Source: Patescibacteria group bacterium | GTDB taxonomy: Bacteria; Patescibacteriota; Minisyncoccia; Phycocordibacterales; UBA9973 | Length of the DNA: 64,000 nt | Direction: 5' to 3' | Assembly (NCBI GenBank): GCA_028868715.1 | Contig: JAGWUB010000001.1 | Span: forward strand, 247,206 to 311,205 | In this document: positions 1 through 12,009 of the stretch, piece by piece | How the letters are laid out: the number at the start of each line of letters is the position of its first letter | How positions within the stretch are numbered: the first letter of the stretch is position 1 | Program-made: the position numbers and the translations under genes | Notes under the pieces: generated by a model | What the model saw: the letters and a program-made list of their open reading frames with translations, nothing else | Told to the model about the DNA's origin: nothing | The model's database searches: none

Positions 1-1707
1 GCTCACGCCGGAATTCCTTATGATGAGAATGGTAAAATAACCGAAGAGAGAGTAGAAGCTAGACTCAAAACAGAGCCAGGTGTGATTTCCCGTATGGAAA
101 TTGATTTTATAGATGTTGCCGCCAACCAAGCTTTCTCAATCGCAACTTCTCTCATCCCATTCCTAGAACACAACGATGCCAACAGAGCACTGATGGGATC
201 AAATATGCAGAAGCAAGCTGTGCCTTGCGTGCTTCCCGAAGCTCCATTAGTCGCAACGGGTGTTGAGGAATTAGCTTCAAGAGATTCAGGTAGACTAATT
301 ATTGCCCAAGAAGATGGCGTTGTTTCTTATTTAGATGCAAAGAAAATAATAGTTACCAATAAAGCTGACAAAAAGAAAACTTATGACCTTGTTAACTTTA
401 TGAGAAACAACAATTTCTCTGTATTTCATCAACGTCCAGCTGTGGATGTCGGAGATAAAGTTAAAAAGGGTGATGTGCTTGCAGACACCAGCAGTACAGT
501 TGGAGGTCAGATTTCAATCGGGCAAAATATTTTCGTAGCTTTTCTGTCTTGGTCTGGATCAAACTATGAAGATGCGATTATTATTTCGGAGCGTTTGGTT
601 AAAAATAGTAAATTTACCAGTATTTATCTTGAAGAATTTACTTGCGTGGTTCGGGATACTAAGCTAGGGCCCGAAATTACCACTCGCGATATACCAAACA
701 TTGGAGAACTCAAACTAAAAGACTTAGATGAAGACGGAATTGTTCGTATCGGCGCTGAAGTCAGAGAAAATGATATTTTAGTTGGTAAAATTACTCCAAA
801 GGGTGAGACAGAACTTACTCCAGAAGAAAGATTGCTCCGCAGTATCTTTGCTGAGAAAGCTCGTGATGTCAAAGATACATCACTCCGTATGGAGCATGGT
901 AAGCGTGGACGTATTATTGGAGTAAAGATCTTTTCTCGTGATCTTGGACACTCACTCGAGGCTGGGATTATTAAAAAGATTGTTATTGAAGTTGCCCAGA
1001 TAAGAAATATTTCAATCGGAGACAAACTTTCTGGAAGACACGGAAACAAGGGTGTTATCTCAACCATCCTTCCAGAAGAAGACATGCCTTATACTGCGGA
1101 TGGTACTCCTATTGATATTATTCTTTCACCACTCGGTGTTCCTTCTCGTATGAACTTGGGACAGATACTAGAAATGCATTTAGGTATGGCTGCTCACACC
1201 CTCGGCTACCAAGCAATCACTCCACCATTTTTAGGAGCGAGACAAGAGGAAATAACCGAAGAATTGAAAAAGGCTGGATTACCTGAAAATGGCAAATTAA
1301 AACTTTTTGATGGACGCACTGGAGAAGCTTTCAAACAAGATGTGGCCGTAGGTTATATGTATATGTTGAAACTTCACCACATGGTGGAAGACAAAATTCA
1401 CATGCGTTCCATCGGGCCCTACTCACTTATCACCCAACAACCTTTGGGCGGAAAAGCTCAAGGTGGGGGACAGAGATTCGGAGAAATGGAAGTCTGGGCA
1501 CTCGAAGGTTATGGCGCAGCTTATACTTTGCGTGAAATGTTAACTATTAAATCTGATGATATCGCAGGTCGTAGCGCTACTTTTGATTCTATTATCAAAA
1601 ATGAAACAATCAGACCACCTAATTCTCCAGCATCATTTAACGTCTTGTTAAATTATTTGAGAGGACTTGCTCTGGATGTGAACTTAATGAAAAATAAAGA
1701 TAAATAA
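1..1707 (+). CDS. rpoB: RNA polymerase beta subunit, C-terminal part (5' truncated by window edge; frame open from base 1)
   Basis: Motifs HNDANRALMGSNMQKQAVP, GDKLSGRHGNKG, GGQRFGEMEVWALE. Confidence 0.99.
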   Translation, partial: AHAGIPYDENGKITEERVEARLKTEPGVISRMEIDFIDVAANQAFSIATSLIPFLEHNDANRALMGSNMQKQAVPCVLPEAPLVATGVEELASRDSGRLIIAQEDGVVSYLDAKKIIVTNKADKKKTYDLVNFMRNNNFSVFHQRPAVDVGDKVKKGDVLADTSSTVGGQISIGQNIFVAFLSWSGSNYEDAIIISERLVKNSKFTSIYLEEFTCVVRDTKLGPEITTRDIPNIGELKLKDLDEDGIVRIGAEVRENDILVGKITPKGETELTPEERLLRSIFAEKARDVKDTSLRMEHGKRGRIIGVKIFSRDLGHSLEAGIIKKIVIEVAQIRNISIGDKLSGRHGNKGVISTILPEEDMPYTADGTPIDIILSPLGVPSRMNLGQILEMHLGMAAHTLGYQAITPPFLGARQEEITEELKKAGLPENGKLKLFDGRTGEAFKQDVAVGYMYMLKLHHMVEDKIHMRSIGPYSLITQQPLGGKAQGGGQRFGEMEVWALEGYGAAYTLREMLTIKSDDIAGRSATFDSIIKNETIRPPNSPASFNVLLNYLRGLALDVNLMKNKDK

Positions 1708-1708
1708 T

Positions 1709-4700
1709 ATGAAAACTCTAAATACAACTGAATTTGATCAAATTGCGCTAAGGCTTGCATCCCCAGAGCAAATCCAAGAATGGTCTTTTGGTGAAGTCAC
1801 AAAACCAGAGACAATAAATTACCGAACTGGTCGCAGTGAACGCGGAGGTCTTTTTGACGAGAAAATCTTTGGTCCAGAGAAAGATTATGAATGTTACTGC
1901 GGAAAATATCGCAGAATTCGTTACAAGGATATTATTTGTGAAAAATGTGGAGTGGAAGTTACTCGTTCTATCGTCAGAAGAGAGCGAATGGGCCATATTG
2001 AGCTCGCTACTCCTGTGTCACATATTTGGTTTTTACGTGGAGTACCTTCTCGTATGAGTATTCTTTTGAATATTTCTGTTTCTGATCTTGAGAAAGTGAT
2101 CTACTTTGCTGGATACATAATTGTTAAAGTTCACGAGGAAGAGAAAAAAACTATAATTTCTAATTTGGAAAAAGAATATAAATCTAAATTAAAAAATTCG
2201 ACCGATGATGACGTCCGCGAAAAATTAAAGAGCCTACTTTCTATTACTAAAAAAGAAATAACAGAAATTTATGAAGGTAAGGTTCTAAATGAAATTTCTT
2301 TTCATCATTATTCTTTAAAATACGGAACTTGCTTTGAAGCTAATATCGGCGCAGAAGCTATTTATTCTATTTTTAAGAATCTAGATTTAAATAAATTAAA
2401 AATTCACACCGAAGCTATGTTGGAGAAGTCTAGTGTAGCTGAAAAAGAAAAATTACAGAAAAGACTTTCCTTAATTCGCGCTATGACTTATGCGGGAATT
2501 CGACCTGAATGGATGTTTTTGACTGTTATTCCCGTTATCCCACCTGTGCTTCGCCCGATGGTGGCGCTAGATGGTGGTAGACATGCAACTTCTGACCTAA
2601 ACGATCTTTATCGTAGAGTTATCAATAGAAATAATCGTTTAAAGAAATTGAAGGAAATAAATGCTCCGGATGTTATTCTTCGAAACGAAAAAAGAATTAT
2701 CCAAGAAGCAGTAGATGCCTTGATCGATAACTCAATTGCTAAACAAAACGACTCTACGGCAATGAGTCAATCCCAGAGACGTCCACTCAAATCTCTTTCT
2801 GATAACCTAAAATCCAAGCAAGGTCTTTTCCGTCAAAACTTACTTGGAAAGCGTGTGGACTATTCAGGTCGTTCAGTTATTGTCGTCGGTCCTGAGCTAA
2901 AGCTTAATCAATGTGGATTGCCGAAACATATGGCGCTGGAACTCTTTAGACCATTTGTAATTTCCAAGATTTTACAAGCTGAACTTGCTTTTAATATTCG
3001 TGGAGCTAACAAACTTATAGAGGAACGTGAAGGAGTTATCTGGGCAATATTGGAAGAAATCATCGAGGGTAAATATGTTCTTCTAAACCGCGCGCCAACC
3101 CTGCACCGTTTAGGTATTCAAGCTTTCAATCCGATTCTAATTGAAGGAAATGCTATTCAAGTACACCCACTAGTCTGTGAAGCTTTCAACGCTGACTTCG
3201 ACGGAGACCAAATGGCTGTCTACGTTCCTCTTTTGGAGGAAGCACAATCTGAAGCAAAGGAATTGATGGCGGCAAACAAAAACTTGCTTAAGCCACAAAA
3301 TGGAGATCCAATCGTTCACCCTAGTAAGGATATAGTGCTTGGAAGTTATTGGATGACCAAAGATATCACTGGAGAAGAAGGAGAAGGAAAATATTTCTCA
3401 AATCCCAACACAGCCATTTTAGCATTTGAATATGGAGTCGTATCTCTCCGAGCTAAAATAAACGTGCTGGCTACTGATCGAGAAAAATACAAAAAATTTA
3501 ATGGAGGAATGTTTGAAACCTCAGTTGGAAAACTTCTTTTCAATAGTATTTTGCCAAATGATTTTTCTTATGTGAATGATGAAATGACTCAAGGAAGACT
3601 ATCCTCACTCTTAGATGAGCTCATTATGCAATACGGCGTAGATGATACCCCTCCAATCTTGGACAAGATTAAAGCTTTCGGCTTTAAGTATTCAACAGTT
3701 TCTGGTACTACTTGGGGATTGGACAATGTCAGTGTGCCTACTCAAAAACCAAAAATTATAGAAAAAAGTAAAATTTTAGAAGAAGAAATTATATCACAAT
3801 GGAGCGACGGTCTGCTTTCAGGGGAAGAAAAATATCAAAAGGTTATTGAAATCTGGGCAAGTGCTAAAAAAGAATTAGAGAAAATTTTGCCAAGTACTCT
3901 TGATATTAATGGATCTACCTATGACCTGTTTACTTCTAAGGCTAGAGGTACCATGACTTCTCTGGTTCAGATGATCGGAATGAAAGGACTTATTCAAAAC
4001 AACCAAGGTAAAACATTGGAATTTCCAATTATTTCTTGTTACCAAGAAGGACTTTCTCCACTCGAATATTTCATAACCACTCACGGAGCTAGAAAAGGAG
4101 CATCAGATACCGCTCTTAATACCGCAAAGGCTGGGTACCTAACTCGAAGATTAGTTGACGTGGCGCAGGACGTGGTTATCACTGAAGAAGACTGTGGCAC
4201 CAAAGAAGGAAAGATAGTCTCAGCTGAAAATATTTCTGGAATTGAAATACCACTTTCAAAAAATATTCGTGGAAGAGTTTTGGCTGGCGATCTAAAAGAT
4301 GAATCTGGTAAAGTTGTCTACAAGAAAGGATTTTTAGTTACTAAAGAAGAAGCTTACAAAATAGAAAAGCAGGGCTTCAAGGAAGTATTTGTTCGTTCTC
4401 CACTTACTTGTCATACAGTGCATGGACTTTGCGTGATGTGTTATGGACTCGATTTGGGGCGAAACCACTTGGTGCAACTAGGTGAAGCTGTCGGGATTAT
4501 TGCGGCTCAAGCCATCGGCGAACCAGGAACCCAGCTTACGCTTCGTACCTTCCACGCTGGAGGTGTCGCCGGTACAGATATCACTACAGGTTTACCACGT
4601 ATTGAAGAAATATTTGAAAGAAGAATTCCTAAAAATCCAGCAATTGTTTCCGAGACAGACGGAGAAGTTATTTCTATCACCTCTAAGGATGGAGAAGAAA

Positions 4701-5317
4701 AGATAATAAAAGTACTTTCTGACACCAAAGCTGATGGTAAGAAAAATGAGATAGAGTATATAGTAGCTTTTCGTAGAATTCCAACAGTAAAAGTTGGTGA
4801 TAAAGTTAAAATGGGTGAACTTCTCACAGATGGTTCCGCAGATATTGCGCAAATATTCAAATTCGGTAATAAGGAATTTGTTGAAAAATATATAATTCGT
4901 GAAATTAATAAAGTTTATGAACTCCAGAACGCATCTATTTCTAGAAAACATACTGAAATAATTGTTCGTCAGATGTTTTCACGCCGAAAAATAAAAGATG
5001 CTGGAGAGACTAATTTCTCTACTGGTGACATCGTGGAACACACTACCTTCATGGAAGAAAATGCTCGCATGTCTGACACTGGTGGCGAAGTCGCTAAGGC
5101 AGAAACCGTGGTTCTAGGTATTACTGAAGTTTCACTGCGTACCAAGAGTTGGCTTTCAGCTGCTTCATTCCAAAACACAAACCGAGTCTTGATTGAAAAT
5201 GCTATCAAAGGCGGAGTAGATTCTCTACGTGGTCTAAAAGAAAATGTCATCATCGGACGATTAATCCCAGCTGGAACTGGATTTAAAAGTAAAGTTTCTT
5301 CCAAAAAAGAGGAATAA
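1709..5317 (+). CDS. rpoC: RNA polymerase beta' subunit
   Basis: [10 protein letters not shown] catalytic motif, N-terminal Zn finger CYCGKY...CEKC, follows rpoB. Confidence 0.99.
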   Translation: MKTLNTTEFDQIALRLASPEQIQEWSFGEVTKPETINYRTGRSERGGLFDEKIFGPEKDYECYCGKYRRIRYKDIICEKCGVEVTRSIVRRERMGHIELATPVSHIWFLRGVPSRMSILLNISVSDLEKVIYFAGYIIVKVHEEEKKTIISNLEKEYKSKLKNSTDDDVREKLKSLLSITKKEITEIYEGKVLNEISFHHYSLKYGTCFEANIGAEAIYSIFKNLDLNKLKIHTEAMLEKSSVAEKEKLQKRLSLIRAMTYAGIRPEWMFLTVIPVIPPVLRPMVALDGGRHATSDLNDLYRRVINRNNRLKKLKEINAPDVILRNEKRIIQEAVDALIDNSIAKQNDSTAMSQSQRRPLKSLSDNLKSKQGLFRQNLLGKRVDYSGRSVIVVGPELKLNQCGLPKHMALELFRPFVISKILQAELAFNIRGANKLIEEREGVIWAILEEIIEGKYVLLNRAPTLHRLGIQAFNPILIEGNAIQVHPLVCEAFNADFDGDQMAVYVPLLEEAQSEAKELMAANKNLLKPQNGDPIVHPSKDIVLGSYWMTKDITGEEGEGKYFSNPNTAILAFEYGVVSLRAKINVLATDREKYKKFNGGMFETSVGKLLFNSILPNDFSYVNDEMTQGRLSSLLDELIMQYGVDDTPPILDKIKAFGFKYSTVSGTTWGLDNVSVPTQKPKIIEKSKILEEEIISQWSDGLLSGEEKYQKVIEIWASAKKELEKILPSTLDINGSTYDLFTSKARGTMTSLVQMIGMKGLIQNNQGKTLEFPIISCYQEGLSPLEYFITTHGARKGASDTALNTAKAGYLTRRLVDVAQDVVITEEDCGTKEGKIVSAENISGIEIPLSKNIRGRVLAGDLKDESGKVVYKKGFLVTKEEAYKIEKQGFKEVFVRSPLTCHTVHGLCVMCYGLDLGRNHLVQLGEAVGIIAAQAIGEPGTQLTLRTFHAGGVAGTDITTGLPRIEEIFERRIPKNPAIVSETDGEVISITSKDGEEKIIKVLSDTKADGKKNEIEYIVAFRRIPTVKVGDKVKMGELLTDGSADIAQIFKFGNKEFVEKYIIREINKVYELQNASISRKHTEIIVRQMFSRRKIKDAGETNFSTGDIVEHTTFMEENARMSDTGGEVAKAETVVLGITEVSLRTKSWLSAASFQNTNRVLIENAIKGGVDSLRGLKENVIIGRLIPAGTGFKSKVSSKKEE

Positions 5318-5326
5318 AAAAAGTTT

Positions 5327-7093
5327 ATGAACTCTCCCGTTGATAAAATTAAGGAGAGACTGTCAATCGAAGAAGTAGTCTCTTCTTACATAAAGTTAGA
5401 AAAAGCAGGCGCAAACTTCAAAGCCAAGTGTCCCTTTCATAATGAAAAGACTCCATCGTTTTTTGTGTCGCCAGGGAGGGGAAGCTATTATTGTTTTGGT
5501 TGCAGTGCTTCGGGTGACATCTTTACTTTTGTTGAAGAATTCGAAGGTCTTGATTTTAAAGGCGCCTTAAAACTTTTAGCCAACAAGGCGGGAGTAATAT
5601 TAGAGAACTTTAATCCAAAGGAAGAGAGTGAAAAGGAAAAGATTTATCGGGTAATGGAAGAGGTAACCAAGTTCTTTGAAAATAATCTAAAAGAAAATCA
5701 GGAGGCAGTGGCTTACTTAAAGAGTAGAGGCCTTAATGATGAAAGTATAAAAAATTTCCGTATCGGTTTTATTCCTGAAGCTTGGCGTGACCTGCATGCG
5801 TATCTTACAAAGAAAGGATGGAATGAAGTTGAGATGGAACGTGCTGGTCTGGTCAAAAAAACTGAAAAAGGTTTTTATGATAGGTTTCGTAATCGAATTA
5901 TGTTTCCGATTTCGGACTCCAGCGGACGCGTCATAGCTTTTTCTGGAAGGTTGTTTAAAGATGATGAAAAATCAGCAAAATATTTAAACAGTCCTGATAC
6001 ACCGATTTTTAATAAATCTGCTGTTTTATACGGACTGGATAAAGCCAAAGAATCAATTCGAAAAAATAACTTTTCTATTTTAGTCGAAGGTCAAATGGAT
6101 TTGATATTGTCACATCAGGCTGGTTTTAAAAATACTGTAGCCACTTCTGGCACGGCATTATCTGACGCCACAGTGAGTAAAGAAAATGTAGTCTCCAACC
6201 TAGGCCTCGTACGTAGACTTTCAGAAAATATAGTCTTGGCATTTGATGCTGACAAAGCTGGCTTAAGTGCAACCTTGCGGGCAGGGAAAATTGCTTTATC
6301 ACTTGGCATGGATGTGAAAGTCGCAAACATAGAAGAGGGCATTGACCCCGCAGACTTGATTTCAAAGAACGGGGTGGATGCTTGGCGCGAAGCCATTAGA
6401 GGCTCCAAGCACCTGATAGAGTTTTTGCTTGCCAGAGTATTGAAGGATGCAAAGGAAGACAATCGTAAAGCGGGCAGAGAGATAAAAGATAAAGTACTAC
6501 CTTTTATAGATGCGGTTGATAGCTCTATCGAACAAATGCATTTTATAAAAAAAATATCCGATATTTCGGCAATTCCAGAAGAAGCGCTCAAAGATGATTT
6601 AAAGAAAATACAACAAGAGTTAAAATTTGAAAAACGTGAAATAGATGAGATAAAAAGCACAGGAAGTAAAATATTTAAAAAAGATTATATTGAAAGACAT
6701 TTGCTCGGCATTATCCTTTGGCAGAAAACCATAGCTAGCCCTAGTATTGATATAGATGAGACAATGACAGAGTTAGTTCGCATTTTAAATGTTAAAGAAG
6801 CAATTTTATTAGAAAAAACAACCAACGATAGAGAAGACCTAATTTTTGAAGCAGAAGTTTTCTATGGCGGAGACGAAAAGAATATGAATTTAAAAAAAGA
6901 TGTGAATGAGTTAATGTTAAACTTAGAGGAAGAATATCTAAATGAAGACAGATTTAAAAAAATGCAGGAATTGCATATATATGAAGAAAAACGAGACCTA
7001 GAGAAGGGTAGACAAATATTAAAAGAAATAAATGAGATTAACAACAAAATACAAAATATTAAAAATAGTCGTATAAATACTAAGTTTATCTAA
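5327..7093 (+). CDS. dnaG: DNA primase
   Basis: [11 protein letters not shown]...CFGC zinc finger, [27 protein letters not shown] motifs. Confidence 0.98.
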   Translation: MNSPVDKIKERLSIEEVVSSYIKLEKAGANFKAKCPFHNEKTPSFFVSPGRGSYYCFGCSASGDIFTFVEEFEGLDFKGALKLLANKAGVILENFNPKEESEKEKIYRVMEEVTKFFENNLKENQEAVAYLKSRGLNDESIKNFRIGFIPEAWRDLHAYLTKKGWNEVEMERAGLVKKTEKGFYDRFRNRIMFPISDSSGRVIAFSGRLFKDDEKSAKYLNSPDTPIFNKSAVLYGLDKAKESIRKNNFSILVEGQMDLILSHQAGFKNTVATSGTALSDATVSKENVVSNLGLVRRLSENIVLAFDADKAGLSATLRAGKIALSLGMDVKVANIEEGIDPADLISKNGVDAWREAIRGSKHLIEFLLARVLKDAKEDNRKAGREIKDKVLPFIDAVDSSIEQMHFIKKISDISAIPEEALKDDLKKIQQELKFEKREIDEIKSTGSKIFKKDYIERHLLGIILWQKTIASPSIDIDETMTELVRILNVKEAILLEKTTNDREDLIFEAEVFYGGDEKNMNLKKDVNELMLNLEEEYLNEDRFKKMQELHIYEEKRDLEKGRQILKEINEINNKIQNIKNSRINTKFI

Positions 7094-7100
7094 AATAGTT

Positions 7101-8321
7101 ATGAAAACAAAAAAGAAAAAAATAAATAAAAAGCCAAAAGGAAAGGTTTTAAAGAAAAAGAAAAAAGTGGCAAAAATCAAGAAAAAGCCTACCAAAAAGC
7201 TTTTAAAGAAAAAAGCCGTAAAGAAACTTCCAAAAAAAATTAGTAAGGGAGAACTAAAAGAACAAAAACTCAACCGCCTTTCGGATGAATTGATAGAAAA
7301 AGGACGCAAACGAGGATTCATAACTTACGATGAGATACTAAAGATTTTTCCAGATATTGAAAACAATATATTCTTTTTAGATGAACTTTATGAGAAATTT
7401 GCTCGAGCCTCTATTGATGTCTTAGAAGGTGGAAACTTACTCGACCTAGATGTTGATCTGACTGACAAGGACCTAAACAAGGGCTCAATGCACGACTCCA
7501 TTCAGATGTATTTGAAGGAAATAGGCCAATACCCACTTATCCGCGCTGGTGAAGAAAAAGATTTGGCTAAACGCATAGAACACGGTGACTTGGAGGCTAA
7601 AAATTTATTAGCCAGAGCTAACCTGCGTTTAGTCGTCTCAATTGCCAAAAAATACGTAGGCAGAAGTGCTAATCTAAACTTGCTTGATTTGATTCAAGAA
7701 GGAAACTTGGGATTATTTAAAGCAGTAGAAAAATTTGATTGGACTAAAGGCTATAAATTTTCAACTTATGCGACATGGTGGATTCGTCAGTCTATAACTC
7801 GTGCTTTAGCAGACCAGAGCCGAACTATCCGCATACCAGTGCACATGGTAGAGACAATTTCTAAATACAAACAAGTGATGAGGAGACTTAGTCAAGATTT
7901 AGGCAGGGAACCACTGGCTGAAGAAATTGCTACCGAGATGGATATTCCCGTAGAAAAAATTCACGTAATTGAAAAAATTAGTCAGGACACTATCTCGCTG
8001 GAGCAACCAATCGGAGACGATGACGATAAATCAACTTTAGAAAACTTTATTCCAGATGATAAAATTTTGCGCCCTGATCAAGAATCTTCTCGTCGAATTC
8101 TTTCTGATCAAATTCGTGAAGTATTAGACGAGCTTAATCCCAAAGAACGCAAAATACTTGAAATGCGCTACGGGCTCCTAGATGGCATTCAACATACTCT
8201 AGAGCGAGTAGGGGAAGAATTTGGTGTGACCCGCGAACGCATTCGTCAGATTGAAGCCAAGGTGCATGAAAAACTCCGTCAGCACGATAAAATCTCTCGT
8301 TTGAAGAATTACTTTGACTAA
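7101..8321 (+). CDS. rpoD: Primary sigma factor (sigma70/SigA) with Lys-rich N-terminal extension
   Basis: [43 protein letters not shown]; downstream of dnaG. Confidence 0.97.
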   Translation: MKTKKKKINKKPKGKVLKKKKKVAKIKKKPTKKLLKKKAVKKLPKKISKGELKEQKLNRLSDELIEKGRKRGFITYDEILKIFPDIENNIFFLDELYEKFARASIDVLEGGNLLDLDVDLTDKDLNKGSMHDSIQMYLKEIGQYPLIRAGEEKDLAKRIEHGDLEAKNLLARANLRLVVSIAKKYVGRSANLNLLDLIQEGNLGLFKAVEKFDWTKGYKFSTYATWWIRQSITRALADQSRTIRIPVHMVETISKYKQVMRRLSQDLGREPLAEEIATEMDIPVEKIHVIEKISQDTISLEQPIGDDDDKSTLENFIPDDKILRPDQESSRRILSDQIREVLDELNPKERKILEMRYGLLDGIQHTLERVGEEFGVTRERIRQIEAKVHEKLRQHDKISRLKNYFD

Positions 8322-8358
8322 AAAAATCCCGCCCAGTTAAACCAAGGGCGGGATTTTT
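8322..8358. terminator. Bidirectional intrinsic terminator
   Basis: AAAAATCCCGCCC-N11-GGGCGGGATTTTT between convergent rpoD and the DsbA-family gene. Confidence 0.85.
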
Positions 8359-8374
8359 ACTTCGAGGGTCGGTT

Positions 8375-9064
8375 CTATTTTAAAGCGCTATCTAGTTTTG
8401 TTTTGACTGTGGTAAATGGTTCAGCACCGTCGATGGTGTCAACAACTTTACCACCCACCAAGATAAATCCTTTAGGTGTGCCAGTTACCCCAGCAGTTCC
8501 TCCTTCATTTTTTGCATCATTGATTACTTGGACATATTTTCCAGCATCCAGACATCCATTAAAAGTAGCGCTGTTTAAGCCTAGGTTTTTGGCAAAAGAT
8601 TTCAAGCTTGGATCCGCAAAAGCTCCCTGGTTTTCTCCGCTTTGATGAGTAAAGAGATAGTCATGATATTCCCAAAACTTTCCTTGGTCGCCAGCACATC
8701 TTGCCGCTTGGGCTGCTCTATCTGATTCTGGGCCCAAGAAAGCAAAGTCTCTGTAGACGAACTGCACACTTCCAGTTTGGACATAGGTACTTCTAATAGT
8801 TTCTTCTGATTCCTTGAAGAACTTACCGCAGAAAGGACACTGAAAGTCCTCATACATCACTAAGGTAACTTTTGCTTGTGGATTGCCGATTACTCTATCA
8901 GATGCTCCAACCGGAGCCAAAGCAGTCACGGTAGTGCCAGCATCTTTTATAGGAATATTAGCTGTGGCTGAGGGCTTGCTTCCTTTAAGCAAAATTGCTC
9001 CAGCGATCAAAACTCCAGCTATAATAATTGCACTAATTATTGGTTTTTGGTCTGTATTTGGCAT
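8375..9064 (-). CDS. DsbA/BdbD-family thiol-disulfide oxidoreductase, membrane anchored
   Basis: EDFQCPFC, GVTGTP, N-terminal TM helix. Confidence 0.9.
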   Translation of the reverse strand: MPNTDQKPIISAIIIAGVLIAGAILLKGSKPSATANIPIKDAGTTVTALAPVGASDRVIGNPQAKVTLVMYEDFQCPFCGKFFKESEETIRSTYVQTGSVQFVYRDFAFLGPESDRAAQAARCAGDQGKFWEYHDYLFTHQSGENQGAFADPSLKSFAKNLGLNSATFNGCLDAGKYVQVINDAKNEGGTAGVTGTPKGFILVGGKVVDTIDGAEPFTTVKTKLDSALK

Positions 9065-9196
9065 ATTTTTTGGTTAAAAATTGTAATGCACTTATTGTAG
9101 CATTTTTCCTAAAATAATAGTATACTTAGGACATTAATAACCAAAGGTCTTTATTAATTTTTAATGCACTTGAGCTCCTAAGGCTCAAAAAAATAT

Positions 9197-9505
9197 ATGA
9201 TGAATTCTGGCTGTAATTGTAAATGGGGTGGATGTGTTCCATCCAAAATTGCTAAGATTCTATTGTTTATAGGAGGATTAAATTGGGGTTTGGTGGGTAT
9301 TGGAATGTTTATGAACACCAATTTAAACATTGTACACATGATCCTAGGATCAGTGCCAATGCTTGAGGCAATCGTCTACATACTTGTAGGTGTTGCAGCC
9401 ATTATGAAAATTTTTGGTTGTAAGTGTAAAAAGTGTAAGGCAAATTGTGCTGCTTGCTCTTGCTCCACTGGTTCCAGTGACAACAAGACGGAAGTTGGCA
9501 TGTAG
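9197..9505 (+). CDS. DUF378-like small membrane protein with Cys-rich termini
   Basis: IGGLNWGLVG...IVYILVGVAA pattern; CNC...C N-terminus and CKCKKCKANCAACSC tail. Confidence 0.75.
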   Translation: MMNSGCNCKWGGCVPSKIAKILLFIGGLNWGLVGIGMFMNTNLNIVHMILGSVPMLEAIVYILVGVAAIMKIFGCKCKKCKANCAACSCSTGSSDNKTEVGM

Positions 9506-9539
9506 TTTTATTTAAGTTTGATAATGTTTTAATGTATAT

Positions 9540-10796
9540 ATGGCTCCAATCGTAAATGTAATATTTTACATATTAATCTTTTTATCTGTCTACGCGCAGG
9601 TGTTTTTTCTCGTTACCTTTCTGGAGAATAGAAAGAAAATAGTTATTCGAGAAGGAAAGATAAAACTTGCGACATACCCAGCGGTAACGATTGTGGTGCC
9701 TTGTTGGAACGAAGAGCGCACGGTATATAAAACAGTACGTTCAGTATTAAATCTAAATTATCCAAAAGACAAGCTAAAAATTTTTCTGATTGACGATGGC
9801 TCCACTGATGGGACCTTGAGTATTATTCAAAAGTTTTCAAAATATCCAAATGTAAAAGTTTTCCATAAAGAAAATGGAGGAAAATATACTGCACTTAACC
9901 TTGGTCTAGAGAATACCGAAACGGATTTCTTTGGTGGCCTAGACGCTGACTCATTTGCTGAGCCCGAATCATTGATGCGGATTATGAGTTATTTTGAGAA
10001 TGACCCTAGTATTATGGCTGTGGCTCCTTCGGTGACCGTGGATAACCCTAAAACCTTTATTCAACATGCTCAGAAAACAGAATACTATATGGGTGTCTAC
10101 TTGAAAAAAATGCTTAGTTTTCTAGGAGCTATCAATGTGACCCCAGGACCGCTTACAATTTTTAGAAAAAAAGTCTTTGATGATTTAGGTCCATATCATC
10201 ATGGTCACAACACAGAAGACATGGAAATCGCTTACCGCATGCAGAAAAACCATTATAAAATTGAGCATTGCAATGATGCTTATGTTTATACCAATACTCC
10301 AAAGACGGTAATGAAACTCTATCGACAACGATTACGCTGGATTTATGGTTTTATTAATAACACCCTTGATTATCGCGACGTTCTTTTCAGAAAGAAATAC
10401 GGAAATTTTTCTATTTTTACATTGCCAACCGGAGTGATATCTATTTTCTCTGTTAGCTATCTTTTCGGCAATATGGTTTACAATCTCGGTGATTTTATAT
10501 ATACAAAATTTATATTTTTTAGAACGGTAGGTTTTCATTTTGGTTCTCCTGGTAAATTTATTTCAAAATTTGATCCTTTCTTTATAAATACCCAGGCACT
10601 TGTATTTTTAGTTATTGTTATCTATGCCTTGGTCATCTTTGCGATGATTTTCGGCAAGAGAATGGCCGATCAAAAATGGTCCTTTTCTTTTTCTATGCTC
10701 TACTTCTTTCCTGTTTTCAGTATCATTGCTCCGTTTTGGCTTTTAAAAGCAGTTTATAATACTATTTTAACGAGGCACCCACCAGCTTGGAGGTAA
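9540..10796 (+). CDS. Processive GT2 glycosyltransferase (PgaC/IcaA/cellulose-synthase-like)
   Basis: DDGSTD, DAD, TED, QRLRW motifs with flanking TM helices. Confidence 0.9.
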   Translation: MAPIVNVIFYILIFLSVYAQVFFLVTFLENRKKIVIREGKIKLATYPAVTIVVPCWNEERTVYKTVRSVLNLNYPKDKLKIFLIDDGSTDGTLSIIQKFSKYPNVKVFHKENGGKYTALNLGLENTETDFFGGLDADSFAEPESLMRIMSYFENDPSIMAVAPSVTVDNPKTFIQHAQKTEYYMGVYLKKMLSFLGAINVTPGPLTIFRKKVFDDLGPYHHGHNTEDMEIAYRMQKNHYKIEHCNDAYVYTNTPKTVMKLYRQRLRWIYGFINNTLDYRDVLFRKKYGNFSIFTLPTGVISIFSVSYLFGNMVYNLGDFIYTKFIFFRTVGFHFGSPGKFISKFDPFFINTQALVFLVIVIYALVIFAMIFGKRMADQKWSFSFSMLYFFPVFSIIAPFWLLKAVYNTILTRHPPAWR

Positions 10797-10800
10797 AATT

Positions 10801-11487
10801 ATGACTAAGATTGATTGGAAAAAATATTTTATTGTATTTTTAATTACTGTCGGACTTTTTTTGACGGCCATTTATTTGAGCAATTATTTTGGTAATAAAA
10901 AAATTGATCAAATTAAATCAATCCAAGACAAGATAGCCATCGATATTCTTTCTTCAGAAACTCAATTTTCTTTGCTGTCAGAACTTTCCTGCAATAATAT
11001 CTCTGATGCTGTTTTTTCAAGTGAACTTGGTGAGCTTGGGAACAAGCTAGAGTGGGGGCAAGAAAACCTTGGTAATAAAGATGAATTGACCTACTTAAAA
11101 AAGTATTATTCATTGCTTGAAATTAAAGATTATATTTTAGCTAAAAAAATCTCTGAACGTTGTAAAGTAAAATCCGCCTTTATTCTTTATTTTTATACAA
11201 CCGTAGAAAACTGCAGTGTTTGTGAGAGGGAAGGGATAGTGCTTTCCAGTCTGCGTGACAAATACCCAGAACTTCGTGTTTACTCTTTTGACTATACGAC
11301 CGATCTTTCAGCTTTGAAAGCCATGCTTCAGATTTATAAAATTAAAGATACTGAGCTTCCAGCTGTCGTCCTAGATGATCAAGTACTGACCGGCTTTCAC
11401 AGCGTAGAAGAGCTAGATGCCATGGTACAAAAGTCTTTTAAACTTCAAGAAGTAAATCCTACACCTACCACTAAAAAGAGTTCTTAA
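10801..11487 (+). CDS. Membrane-anchored protein with C-terminal thioredoxin-like CxxC region
   Basis: N-terminal TM; YFY..ENCSVC, LRVYSFD, LPAVV. Confidence 0.6.
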   Translation: MTKIDWKKYFIVFLITVGLFLTAIYLSNYFGNKKIDQIKSIQDKIAIDILSSETQFSLLSELSCNNISDAVFSSELGELGNKLEWGQENLGNKDELTYLKKYYSLLEIKDYILAKKISERCKVKSAFILYFYTTVENCSVCEREGIVLSSLRDKYPELRVYSFDYTTDLSALKAMLQIYKIKDTELPAVVLDDQVLTGFHSVEELDAMVQKSFKLQEVNPTPTTKKSS

Positions 11488-11488
11488 C

Positions 11489-11564
11489 TGGAGCCGGAAG
11501 AGGGATTCGAACCCACGACCTTCGCTTTACAAAAGCGTTGCTCTACCAACTGAGCTATTCCGGC
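11489..11564 (-). tRNA. tRNA-Thr(TGT)
   Basis: Reverse complement GCCGGAATAGCTCAGTTGGTAGAGCAACGCTTTTGTAAAGCGAAGGTCGTGGGTTCGAATCCCTCTTCCGGCTCCA; anticodon TGT, encoded CCA. Confidence 0.95.
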
Positions 11565-11585
11565 TTGATATAAACATTAGCACAC

Positions 11586-11990
11586 TTACGAATTATTTTC
11601 CTCTTCTGTTATCTTATGCTTAATTTCCTTGATTTTATGTGAATAGCCCGAGATTGCCTTCAAAAACTTTGAGACCTCAGCTCTTTCAGACACTTCACCA
11701 TTTGGATGTTTTTTAATATGGATATGCTGTATTTTAATTTTTATTTCTTGAAATTTATTCTTAAAAAAGTTCATTGATTGAATATAAGACTTTACCACTG
11801 CCACCAAGCCCATATGTTCATACTTTTTTATGTTTTCTGTCAGTACGTGCTTGATTTCTTTTAAGTATGGAATTTCAAAAGAAGCACCTTCGTCTATTTG
11901 TCCGTTTTCCAACAACATCAATTTTCTGCCAATCATAAAAATGATGGATACGAGTGATGCAAAGAAAAGAGTTAGAATAAAATAGATCAT
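11586..11990 (-). CDS. Hypothetical membrane-anchored protein
   Basis: 134-aa ORF with N-terminal TM, co-oriented after tsf. Confidence 0.65.
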   Translation of the reverse strand: MIYFILTLFFASLVSIIFMIGRKLMLLENGQIDEGASFEIPYLKEIKHVLTENIKKYEHMGLVAVVKSYIQSMNFFKNKFQEIKIKIQHIHIKKHPNGEVSERAEVSKFLKAISGYSHKIKEIKHKITEEENNS

Positions 11991-12009
11991 ATTTTTGTTT
12001 AGTAATATC

